Below, piece by piece: positions 38,101 through 47,574 of a stretch of 64,000 bases of DNA. A model generated the notes under the pieces. It was not told the origin of the DNA and ran no database searches. It worked only from the letters and a program-made list of their open reading frames with translations. The stretch is from a virus: positions 43,127-107,126 of the IMG/VR virus record IMGVR_UViG_3300027971_000031; one strand, 5' to 3'. A program made the position numbers and the translations under genes. Positions within the stretch are counted from its first letter, which is position 1. The number at the start of each line of letters is the position of its first letter.

Positions 38101-40971
38101 ATGGCATATCAAAACATTAATCAGTATAATTTTCGTAAATGGGGGATAAAACCAGTCAATGAAATTACCGACATTTGCTTAGCGTCGGACGAGAGAGATT
38201 ATGACCAAGAAGTCGTTTTTTCACCTTTATTAATAGGTGAATTTGATGGAAACAGAATGCCATTTAAGTTTGACTTCAATAGTTCAGGAACAACTTTATG
38301 TCAAGTATCCCCTTGTGTTTTTAGTGCAGATACTATTGTTTCAGAGAATTATTGGAACCCTGACGACATTGACCCCAACTTTTGTCCAATCGTTACAGAA
38401 TTATGTGATATTGGTCTAACGGGAATCGACAACGGACTTGTTCAAAACATGTCAGGTGAAACAATCGAAATTACAACAGGATTATATACAAACATTTCAG
38501 ACAAGTTTAGTAGATACAAATATGACAGGAGAATGAAACTTCATCCTATCACAGGTTTTACCACGACCGAAAATAGATTATGGAATGATAACTCATACAC
38601 TTATGATTTAAATTATCAAAACGTTGGTGGAGATATTGGGTATGTTGCAAACTTACAAGGTGGATTCTTCCAAGGGTTTTACAAAATACCAGGATATGAT
38701 TACCAAGTTTTTCCACAAAGAGTCCCATTAGGTTGGACAGCTGAGTTCATGTTAAAGTATAGATGGACTGGTGATACATCAGGAGGTCTTAACAACAGAT
38801 ATCCCGACAATAAAGGAACATTCTTTTACATGGGGGCAAGAGCCGAGAATAAATTTTACCATTATGCTGACGGTAGTCCAAAACAAGATACGGGATATAC
38901 AAGAGTTACATCAGGTTTAACTTGTATGCACACTTGTGGTTGTGCAAGTAGTGCCAATACATCATCACAATGTCTTCAAGTGTATCAACCATCAGGTGGT
39001 ACCATTACAAATTGTACTTGTGGATGTGCTTGTGATTGTACGACAACCGCTCAATACCCTGAAAAAGACCCACTATATGATGAGGTTTCAAATGCATTGT
39101 CTTTAAGATTAAGTGGCGACACGGGTAGTCCAAGATTGTGTGTTAAGACATATAGAATAACAGGTGGATGTGAACATAGTGGAACTTGTTTAACGGGACT
39201 CACTTATGTAACGGGGACTTCATTAACTGAATGGTGTTCGACAAGAGGTATTTTTGATGATTGTTCGGGAACCACTTATCAAAATGTAGAACATTGGGTT
39301 CAGATTGATGCCGTATTCCAAAGATATGAATGGTTGGATAAATGTGACCTATATGATAAAGGTGGACTTGGTCTGCTTGTTAAAGATGTATATTATGCAA
39401 CAATTGAAGGTAGAAGTGTAACCTTAATTGAACCTCCAATAACCCATGAAGCAAAATATGACCCAGCATCAACTGAAGTTGTGACATTCACTGACATGTG
39501 GACTGAAGAACAAAAGTATAGATTGGGAACACTTAAGTTTTATGTGAATGGAAAATTATTTATGGTCACTGAAAACTTTGAAGAAATTATTCCAAGATTG
39601 TTGAATACTCCAAAAGAAAAACAAATTGGTGTTGGATATAACATTTCAATTGGTGGTGGTACTCAAGGACTTCACGATAACTTAACATTCTCTGGTGGTT
39701 GTCCTGAAACAATTGGTGAAATTGTTTATCAACAAGACCCTGAGTGTTTAACTAATTATGATTTGGAACATACAATTTATTCAGGATTAACAACCCAAAT
39801 TAAATTGGAAGAATATTTTGGTGGTAGTATGATTGGAGAAATCAGTGCATTTAGAATGTATACTGAACCATTAAATGCTTCACAAATTAAACACAACTTT
39901 AGAATATTAAAATTCAAATATAATTTATTAGACCCTGATTGTTTAAATTGTAGAATAACAATACCAGGAAATGATTTAACATATATTTTAATTCCTAATA
40001 ATGATTTATATTATTTGAGTATACCTGCGAATGATTTGTATTACGAACTAATTCAACCAACACCTACACCGACAAATACTCCAACTAATACGACAACGCC
40101 AACTAATACACAAACACCAACGCCAACAATTGGTACTATTACAATATCTCTTGTAGGTACATATTCACCAGGCTCAATCAACGCCAACTATATTGCAAAT
40201 GCAAACACAACATTAGGTGTTGATATTGATATCACATTTGTTAACACTTTAGGTGTGACCAGTGGTTTACCAATTGTTATCAGTGGCTCGGTTACAATAC
40301 AATCGGGACAAACATTTGGAAGTAGTTATTATACTATCGTAGATGATTATAACTTATTAGACGATAATAGTGTTTTCACCTCGGTAAATGTATCAGTTAC
40401 AGGCTCAACATCAAGTACGTTTGTTGTTAATACAATATCAGAGTTTGATGTTACACCAACACCAACTCCTTCAATAACACCTACCAACACTGTAACCCCA
40501 ACTAATACACCCACTAATACCGAAACACCCACTATAACACCAACTGTAACCCCAACTAATACACCTACTAATACTAATACACCAACTGTAACACCAACTG
40601 TAACTTCAACAAACACACCTACTAATACTAATACACCAACGGTAACTCAAACTCCAACAAATACTGAAACGCCAACACCAACCAATACTGAGACACCAAC
40701 AAACACTCCAACTGAAACTCCTACTAATACACCAACTAATACACTAACACCAACTGAAACCCAAATCATTACTCCAACTCCAACAAATACTAATACACCA
40801 ACCATTACCTCAACCCCAACACCGACAACAACAAGTACACCAACTGTGACACCAACTAATACTAAAACTCCAACGCCGACTCCAACTTCAACTGAACCAT
40901 TCTTTATTTTAATTCAAAATGGTGACATATTAACGGCTCAAGATGGTAGTGGAATAGAATATCAACATTAA
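38101..40971 (+). CDS. Large virion protein: Cys-rich LamG/ConA-like region plus Thr/Pro mucin-like tracts
   Basis: [39 protein letters not shown] (LamG-like); IPxNDLxY x3; long TPTNT repeats; C-terminal [13 protein letters not shown]. Confidence 0.7.
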   Translation: MAYQNINQYNFRKWGIKPVNEITDICLASDERDYDQEVVFSPLLIGEFDGNRMPFKFDFNSSGTTLCQVSPCVFSADTIVSENYWNPDDIDPNFCPIVTELCDIGLTGIDNGLVQNMSGETIEITTGLYTNISDKFSRYKYDRRMKLHPITGFTTTENRLWNDNSYTYDLNYQNVGGDIGYVANLQGGFFQGFYKIPGYDYQVFPQRVPLGWTAEFMLKYRWTGDTSGGLNNRYPDNKGTFFYMGARAENKFYHYADGSPKQDTGYTRVTSGLTCMHTCGCASSANTSSQCLQVYQPSGGTITNCTCGCACDCTTTAQYPEKDPLYDEVSNALSLRLSGDTGSPRLCVKTYRITGGCEHSGTCLTGLTYVTGTSLTEWCSTRGIFDDCSGTTYQNVEHWVQIDAVFQRYEWLDKCDLYDKGGLGLLVKDVYYATIEGRSVTLIEPPITHEAKYDPASTEVVTFTDMWTEEQKYRLGTLKFYVNGKLFMVTENFEEIIPRLLNTPKEKQIGVGYNISIGGGTQGLHDNLTFSGGCPETIGEIVYQQDPECLTNYDLEHTIYSGLTTQIKLEEYFGGSMIGEISAFRMYTEPLNASQIKHNFRILKFKYNLLDPDCLNCRITIPGNDLTYILIPNNDLYYLSIPANDLYYELIQPTPTPTNTPTNTTTPTNTQTPTPTIGTITISLVGTYSPGSINANYIANANTTLGVDIDITFVNTLGVTSGLPIVISGSVTIQSGQTFGSSYYTIVDDYNLLDDNSVFTSVNVSVTGSTSSTFVVNTISEFDVTPTPTPSITPTNTVTPTNTPTNTETPTITPTVTPTNTPTNTNTPTVTPTVTSTNTPTNTNTPTVTQTPTNTETPTPTNTETPTNTPTETPTNTPTNTLTPTETQIITPTPTNTNTPTITSTPTPTTTSTPTVTPTNTKTPTPTPTSTEPFFILIQNGDILTAQDGSGIEYQH
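40450..40895 (+). repeat. Thr/Pro-rich low-complexity tract (TPTNT/TPTVT), ~150 aa
   Basis: Direct translation; degenerate ACN-CCN-ACN codon repeats. Confidence 0.9.
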
Positions 40972-40988
40972 AACTAATATTTATAGAA

Positions 40989-41495
40989 ATGGCAAACGTA
41001 CAAATAGCAAATTTACCGACATACACAGGAAACACAAATGGTGCTTTTCTTGTTATGAACAATAGTGGGAACACAGAATCATTTAAAGTAACCAAAGAAA
41101 CATTATTTAGCGGGTATTCGCAAAATGCAATATCACCAGTCACAGGAAGTTGGACGTTATCTGCAGGTACAAATACTGTTAGTTTTACAGTTCCTCAGGG
41201 TGAATCATATGTTATGTGGGTGAATGGAAATATTCCAAACGGTATTGTTAATTGGAATGCAACAGTAACACTATCAAACAATAATGTACCTGTAATAGGT
41301 GTACAGTATGGGTGGTATTATCTCGCGGGAAATGCTTTGGAGTTAACATCAATACCAAGTCAGATAGTCGGAACTGCGGGAACTATTAGTACATCAGCAC
41401 CTGCGGGTTCAAATACAAATACCTTTACATTTGGTATAACCAATAATAGTGGCTCGTCTAAAATAATATATTACGGATATATTAAAATAAGTTAA
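40989..41495 (+). CDS. Putative fiber/decoration protein
   Basis: TATTTAT 4 nt upstream; N-terminal VQIANLP motif reminiscent of fiber attachment modules; beta-rich. Confidence 0.6.
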   Translation: MANVQIANLPTYTGNTNGAFLVMNNSGNTESFKVTKETLFSGYSQNAISPVTGSWTLSAGTNTVSFTVPQGESYVMWVNGNIPNGIVNWNATVTLSNNNVPVIGVQYGWYYLAGNALELTSIPSQIVGTAGTISTSAPAGSNTNTFTFGITNNSGSSKIIYYGYIKIS

Positions 41496-41496
41496 A

Positions 41497-42057
41497 ATGG
41501 ATTGTTTTTACTACAGAATAACAAATTATAATAATGTTGAAACTGGATTTTACCGATGGACAGGGTGTACTGACATAATTGGTGTTACTCCTGTTGAACC
41601 ATTACAAACTAGTTATTTTTGCGCTAAAGATATATCTGTTGAAGATTATGCTGCACCACTTGATGTTGTGGATATGGGATTATGTCCGTCAACAACACCC
41701 ACACCAACTGTAACTCCTACACCAACTCAAACATCTGTAACTCCTACACCAACTCAAACATCTGTAACCCCAACTCAAACTCCAACACCAACAGTAACAC
41801 CTGTAATTGTTTATAAATACAATTTAAGAACTGGTGGTTATTATCAAAATGTTTGTGGCTCAACATATTTTGGAAATGCAGCTAACGTTACAATTTATAC
41901 CGAAAAAATATTTGGTGATTTACAAATTGGAGACAATGTTTATGGTGATATTTTATTAACAATCCCACCAATAGGTGCGAATTTCACAATTTCAGATGGC
42001 TCAACATTTATACAAATTGGAGGAACGTTGATTATTAATAAAGGAATATGTGGTTAA
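41497..42057 (+). CDS. Mucin-like modular virion protein (Cys module - T/P linker - Cys module)
   Basis: T/P linker includes a 27 bp tandem repeat at 41708-41768. Confidence 0.7.
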   Translation: MDCFYYRITNYNNVETGFYRWTGCTDIIGVTPVEPLQTSYFCAKDISVEDYAAPLDVVDMGLCPSTTPTPTVTPTPTQTSVTPTPTQTSVTPTQTPTPTVTPVIVYKYNLRTGGYYQNVCGSTYFGNAANVTIYTEKIFGDLQIGDNVYGDILLTIPPIGANFTISDGSTFIQIGGTLIINKGICG

Positions 42058-42102
42058 AATTTTTTTAATTAGTATAAAACAAAAAAATAAGTATTTATTG
42101 AT

Positions 42103-43509
42103 ATGTCATTAGGAGTAAGAATTTTAAGTAATAATTTGAGTGGTCAAACCACAAATGTTGTGTATTTTCCAGATACAGGAGGTACGATTGATTTGGGTAC
42201 GCAAGTATTCCCATTCAATTATCTTTCAAGTTATTATTATGGTAATTATGATTGTTATGTCCCAACATATGGTTATACATACTCATTGAATATTCCAGGT
42301 CCAACACCAAGTCCAACTCCAACAAATACTGAAACTCCAACAAACACACCAGGTTTAAGTCCATCAGCAACAGAAACTGCGACTCAAACACCTACAAATA
42401 CTGCAACTCCAACTGTAACACCTACAAATACCGCAACACCAACTCCTTCAGTTACGGTAGGATTGACTCCAACCGCAACTTCAAGTAATACTCCTACTCC
42501 AACTGAGACTCCAACAAATACTCCAACTAATACTACAACACCAAGTCAAACTCCAAGTAATACTGCAACTTCAACGGTTACGCCTACGGTAACTACAACA
42601 AATACCACAACTCCAACTAATACACCAACTAACACTGTAACACCAAGTAACTCACTTTGTAAGACTTATTTATTGTTTGGTGGTACAATAAATCAGACAA
42701 CATTTGCCGGTATTGATTGTGATGGTTTTGTATATGATTTCTTCCTTGAAGTTTTAGATACTTTAGTTTATTGTGCTCAAACTGTTATTATTGTCGATGG
42801 TGACGGTAGCGCGACTTATTTAGGTGGATGTCCATTACCAACACCGACAGCAACTCCAACAAATACTGCAACTCAAACACCAACTCCTTCAATTACATCA
42901 AGTAATACACCAACACCAACTGTAACTCCAACAAATACTGAGACTCAAACTCAAACGCCAACTAACACTCCAACTAACACGGAGACTCCAACAGAGACAC
43001 CAACTAACACACCTACTAATACCGAAACTTCAACTCAAACTCCAACACCAACTAACACAGAAACTCCAACACAAACTCAAACAAATACACCAAGTGAAAC
43101 TCCAACCAATACTCCTACCAACACAAAAACTCCAACACAAACTCAAACACAATCTCAAACACCGACATTAACTACAACTGAAACACCAACACAGACACCT
43201 ACTAACACAGAAACACCAACGCCAACTACTACTAATACTCCAACACCAACTACTACTCCAACTGTTGGATATTATGTTTATTCTTTTGGTTATAATGTAT
43301 CTTCAATTGTATCCGCTTGTTCGGCAACACCTTCAAACTATTATCTTTCGCCATCATTAAATCCTCTTGACTTGGGTGATTATATCTATACAGATACGTC
43401 TCTTACCACTCCGGCCCCTAATGGTTATTATTCTGACGGCACTGGATGGTATTTAGTGAGTGGAGGTTCAGGTCAAATTACAGGTAATGACCCTAATGGA
43501 TGTCCATAA
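42103..43509 (+). CDS. Mucin-like modular virion protein with two long T/P tracts
   Basis: TATTTAT 4 nt upstream; more than half of the protein is T/P/S/N repeat; C-terminal ...NGYYSDG...DPNGCP module. Confidence 0.75.
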   Translation: MSLGVRILSNNLSGQTTNVVYFPDTGGTIDLGTQVFPFNYLSSYYYGNYDCYVPTYGYTYSLNIPGPTPSPTPTNTETPTNTPGLSPSATETATQTPTNTATPTVTPTNTATPTPSVTVGLTPTATSSNTPTPTETPTNTPTNTTTPSQTPSNTATSTVTPTVTTTNTTTPTNTPTNTVTPSNSLCKTYLLFGGTINQTTFAGIDCDGFVYDFFLEVLDTLVYCAQTVIIVDGDGSATYLGGCPLPTPTATPTNTATQTPTPSITSSNTPTPTVTPTNTETQTQTPTNTPTNTETPTETPTNTPTNTETSTQTPTPTNTETPTQTQTNTPSETPTNTPTNTKTPTQTQTQSQTPTLTTTETPTQTPTNTETPTPTTTNTPTPTTTPTVGYYVYSFGYNVSSIVSACSATPSNYYLSPSLNPLDLGDYIYTDTSLTTPAPNGYYSDGTGWYLVSGGSGQITGNDPNGCP

Positions 43510-43574
43510 ATTAAAAAAAAAATATTTATAACAATATAAAATAACGTAGTATTTATAATAAAATAGAAAATAAG

Positions 43575-44621
43575 ATGGCATGTAGTAAATATACCCTAAC
43601 AAATACTGGTTCAACCATAGTAAATTTCAACTATAGAAGATGTGATGACTCTATGTGGGAGTATCAAGTTGAATTAGAACAAAATCAAACTAAAAACATT
43701 TGGTTAATTAATGGTACATATTCAATTGCACCATCATTTAGTAGTAGTGTTGTTTTAGTTAATAATGGTGCCTACCCAACGGTTCTTCCCACACATACAC
43801 CAACAGGAACTCCAACGTCAACACCTACACAAACGCCAACTCAAACACAAACAGGTACTGCTGCGGTAACACCAACTCCAACTCAAACACAAACAGGTAC
43901 TGCTGCGGTAACACCAACTCCAAGTGTAACACCAACAGAAACCGCGGATGTAACACCAACTCCAACACCAACAGTAACTAATACACCAACAGTAACTAAT
44001 ACACCAACAGTAACTAATACACCAACACATGCTAGATTTACATTTGTAATTACTTCAGGTCTAACATCTAACGTAGCTTGTGATACGGGAGTATCGGGTA
44101 CTATCTACGGTGATGAATCAATCTTTAATGATAACACTCAATTCTATAATTCATTAACAGGACCTGTAAATATTGATATGACAGGATACTATGCAAATTC
44201 AGGAGTTGTTGTTTTATTAACTACTAATGGATTTGAAACGGGTGGTTATACACTTTGTTCGGTTCTTCCAACATTAACCCCAACTCCAACTGTAACTCAA
44301 ACTCCAACTAATACACCAACTGTAACTCAAACTCCAACTAACACATCAACATCAACTCCGACACCAACACCAACAATTGGATATTATACTTATAGTTTAG
44401 GTTATGATGCATCTTCAAATGTAACGGCTTGTTCTGCAATACTTTCAAATTATTATCTTTCTCCTTCTCAAAACCCACTTAGTATCGGTGATACTATTTG
44501 GACTAACACAGCTCTTTCAACACCAGCGTCAAATGGATACTATTCTGATGGTATTGGTTGGTATCAAGTTACTGGCGGAGCAGGATTAATTAGTAACACT
44601 GACCCTAACGGATGTATTTAA
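43575..44621 (+). CDS. Mucin-like modular virion protein
   Basis: Two upstream TATTTAT (43523, 43550); T/P linkers with 42 bp x2 (43836-43919) and 18 bp x3 repeats; C-terminal module paralogous to that of 42103-43509. Confidence 0.75.
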   Translation: MACSKYTLTNTGSTIVNFNYRRCDDSMWEYQVELEQNQTKNIWLINGTYSIAPSFSSSVVLVNNGAYPTVLPTHTPTGTPTSTPTQTPTQTQTGTAAVTPTPTQTQTGTAAVTPTPSVTPTETADVTPTPTPTVTNTPTVTNTPTVTNTPTHARFTFVITSGLTSNVACDTGVSGTIYGDESIFNDNTQFYNSLTGPVNIDMTGYYANSGVVVLLTTNGFETGGYTLCSVLPTLTPTPTVTQTPTNTPTVTQTPTNTSTSTPTPTPTIGYYTYSLGYDASSNVTACSAILSNYYLSPSQNPLSIGDTIWTNTALSTPASNGYYSDGIGWYQVTGGAGLISNTDPNGCI

Positions 44622-44647
44622 AAAAAAACAATACAAATATATTTTAG

Positions 44648-44677
44648 AAAACCCTTCACCTTCGTGGAGGGTTTTTT
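44648..44677 (+). terminator. Rho-independent terminator
   Basis: AAAACCCTTCAC-CTTC-GTGGAGGGTTTTTT. Confidence 0.85.
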
Positions 44678-44703
44678 ATTTTTATATATAAAATATATTA
44701 TAC

Positions 44704-45969
44704 ATGAAAATTTTCGTTCAAATCGCATCTTACAGAGACCCTCAGTTGGTTCCAACAATTAAAGACATGTTGGCAAATGCCAAAAAACCAAATAACCTTG
44801 TTATCGGTATTGCAAGACAATATAGCGATGAAGATGGTTTTGATAATTTAGATGAATATAAAGATGACAAAAGATTTAGAATCTTAAATATTCCTTACCG
44901 AGATGCCAAAGGTGTATGTTGGGCAAGACACCAAGTTCAACAACTTTACAAAGGTGAAACATACACACTACAAATTGATTCTCACATGAGATTTGTTAAG
45001 GATTGGGATGATATCCTTATCAAAATGATAAAGGGGTTACAGAAGGACGGGTATAAGAAGCCTCTACTTACGGGCTACGTTCCTTCTTTTGACCCCGAAA
45101 ATGAACCCGCAGGAAGAGCAACCGATGCTTGGAGAATGGCGTTTGACCGTTTTATTCCTGAAGGTGCTGTGTTCTTCTTACCTGAAACAATTCCAGGTTG
45201 GAAAGAAATGAAGAAACCTGTGACCTCAAGATTTTACTCAGCTCACTTCTGTTTTACATTAGGACAATTCTCAACTGAAGTTCAACACAACCCTGAATAT
45301 TATTTTCACGGAGAAGAAATTTCAATTGCTGCAAGAGCGTACACTTGGGGTTATGATTTATTCCACCCACATATTCCTGTTGTTTTCCACGAGTATACTC
45401 GTAAAGGTAGAACAAAACAATGGGATGATGACACAACTTGGGGACAAAAGAATAGTCACTCTCACTTAACAAATAGAAAATTATTTGGTATGGATGGTGA
45501 AACTCAAGAAGGTCATGACGGTCCTTATGGTTTTGGTCCTGTTAGGACTTTAACCGATTATGAAAAATATGCCGGTATTCTTTTTTCAAAAAGAGCAATT
45601 GACAAACATACTTTAGATAAAAATTATCCACCAAATCCATATAATTTTGAAACAGAACAAGAGTGGAAAGATAGTTTCTGTATGATGTTCAAACATTGTA
45701 TTGATATTGGATATTCTCAAGTTCCTGAAACTGATTATGATTTTTGGGTTGTTGCATTCCATAATGATAAAGAGGATACTTTATTTAGAAAAGACGCAGA
45801 CAAAAATGAAATTGCTGGTTTTATGAGAGACCCTGACAAATATTGTAAAGTATGGAGAGAGTTCCAAACGGATGAAATGCCGTCTCATTGGGTTGTTTGG
45901 CCTCACTCAGAATCTAAAGGATGGTGTGATAGAATTACAGGTAGATTAACCCACAATCACATTAGTTAA
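44704..45969 (+). CDS. GT60-like polypeptide alpha-GlcNAc transferase (Skp1 Gnt1 / Pfam GlcNAc family) with extra C-terminal domain
   Basis: IFVQIASYRDP, AKGVCWAR, YTLQIDSHMRF..DWD (DSH motif), LLTGY, SAHFCF, YFHGEE...AARAYTWGYDLFHP, HEY. Confidence 0.85.
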   Translation: MKIFVQIASYRDPQLVPTIKDMLANAKKPNNLVIGIARQYSDEDGFDNLDEYKDDKRFRILNIPYRDAKGVCWARHQVQQLYKGETYTLQIDSHMRFVKDWDDILIKMIKGLQKDGYKKPLLTGYVPSFDPENEPAGRATDAWRMAFDRFIPEGAVFFLPETIPGWKEMKKPVTSRFYSAHFCFTLGQFSTEVQHNPEYYFHGEEISIAARAYTWGYDLFHPHIPVVFHEYTRKGRTKQWDDDTTWGQKNSHSHLTNRKLFGMDGETQEGHDGPYGFGPVRTLTDYEKYAGILFSKRAIDKHTLDKNYPPNPYNFETEQEWKDSFCMMFKHCIDIGYSQVPETDYDFWVVAFHNDKEDTLFRKDADKNEIAGFMRDPDKYCKVWREFQTDEMPSHWVVWPHSESKGWCDRITGRLTHNHIS

Positions 45970-46703
45970 TGAATATTACAAATATACCTAAGTTTGTCGT
46001 TAATTTAGAAAGACGACCTGACCGATTGGAACATATCCAAAAAGAAATGGATTATATGGGTTGGGATTATGAGTTATTTAAGGCGGTTGATTTAAATAAT
46101 CATGGTGGTTGTACTTTGTCTCATACAGAGATTATTAAAATAGCAAAAGAACGTGGGTATGATTCAGTAATGGTGATTGAAGACGATTGTACTTTTTTAC
46201 CTTATTCAAAAGATTTAATTAATAAAATTGATACAGAATCTGGTGATTTTGAATTTGGTATAATTAATCTTGCACCAACATTAAACAGAAAAGTTAATCG
46301 TAGTGAGGAAAATCCTCTCTTTTTAGACATTACAAATTTACCACCAAAACTAGAACATGAAAGAGGTGTCTTTGCAACAAATATGATAATCTATCATAGT
46401 TCAATTTATGACGATGTTTTAGAATTAGAAAAACCTGAAAAATTAGGGTACTACGCAATTGACGATTATATTTATCAATTTATTTTACCTATCAAACAAA
46501 GTTATTCTCCAATACTACCAATTGCACCTCAAATGAGTAGTTGGTCTGATGTATCACAAGGACAATACAATAATTTTTACACACAAACATATAATTGGAA
46601 TTTATATAGTCCATGTAAAATACCTTCAGGATATTTACATGGGACTTTAGTTCAAGAATTAAAAGACAATAAACAACACAACGAATTTACATATGTCAGT
46701 TAA
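45969..46703 (+). CDS. Glycosyltransferase family 25
   Basis: FVVNLERRPDRL, FKAVD, GCTLSH, VMVIEDD, AIDD. Confidence 0.85.
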   Translation: MNITNIPKFVVNLERRPDRLEHIQKEMDYMGWDYELFKAVDLNNHGGCTLSHTEIIKIAKERGYDSVMVIEDDCTFLPYSKDLINKIDTESGDFEFGIINLAPTLNRKVNRSEENPLFLDITNLPPKLEHERGVFATNMIIYHSSIYDDVLELEKPEKLGYYAIDDYIYQFILPIKQSYSPILPIAPQMSSWSDVSQGQYNNFYTQTYNWNLYSPCKIPSGYLHGTLVQELKDNKQHNEFTYVS

Positions 46704-47574
46704 ATTTATTACATCAATATATAGTGATTTATATGGTACCGAATATGGTGGACGAATTGGTAGAGGAGGACATTATAGATACAGTCTGTTATCACTTTTA
46801 AAAATGACTGATGCCGATTTTTTATGTTATACCTCAGATAGAGAATTACCATCACTAATTACTTTTTTTTATGAAACTCATGGTATATCACCAGATAAAT
46901 TAAAATTTGAAGTCTTTGATATTGCAAATACAAAATTCAAAGATTTAATTAATCAATACAAAGATGTTGAGGCAACTAAAAAGTCTGACCGTTGTATTGA
47001 AGTTCAATATAGTAAATTTCATTGGTGGTGGAATGAAGATAAATCTTATGATTATTATTATTGGATTGATGCAGGATTATCACATTGTGGTTTAATTCCT
47101 GTAAAATATTTGGTTGGTACTCATCCTGAACAAAGATATTATGAATCAACCTTGTTTAACAACGATTTCTTAAAAAATTTAGTTGAGGATACTGGTGATA
47201 AATTTTTAATGATTGGAAAAGAAAATGACCGAAATTATTGGGCGGGAACTTTAAATCCTAAGTGGTATACAAATTGGGAAAGAGGTATTCATATTATTGG
47301 TGGATTGTTTGGTGGTCATAAAGATAAGTGGGACGAAATTGTAACACTATTTGAAAATTATACAGAAAATGTTATTACTGAAGATAAAGGTATACCTCAT
47401 GAAGAAAATGTGATGACGTTGATGTATTATAACCATAAAGAATTAATTGAAAGAAAACATTTTGACATTTGGTGGTGTAGGGATAACGCACCTGCAGGTG
47501 TTACCGATGAAATGTTTGAGGAAAATAAAAGTTTTTTTAGAATTTTAGAAGAATTTAATAGAATATATGAGTAA
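46693..47574 (+). CDS. HtrL/YibB (WlaTC)-like glycosyltransferase
   Basis: FITSIY, QYSKF, YYYWIDAGLSH, IGGLFGG, HEENVMT. Confidence 0.65.
   Translation: MSVKFITSIYSDLYGTEYGGRIGRGGHYRYSLLSLLKMTDADFLCYTSDRELPSLITFFYETHGISPDKLKFEVFDIANTKFKDLINQYKDVEATKKSDRCIEVQYSKFHWWWNEDKSYDYYYWIDAGLSHCGLIPVKYLVGTHPEQRYYESTLFNNDFLKNLVEDTGDKFLMIGKENDRNYWAGTLNPKWYTNWERGIHIIGGLFGGHKDKWDEIVTLFENYTENVITEDKGIPHEENVMTLMYYNHKELIERKHFDIWWCRDNAPAGVTDEMFEENKSFFRILEEFNRIYE

Noticed and set aside
40050-44380. CRISPR array or DGR-like repeats
   Set aside because: The repeats are in-frame codon repeats encoding Thr/Pro linkers, with no constant repeat-unique spacer pattern; no cas or reverse transcriptase gene is in the window.
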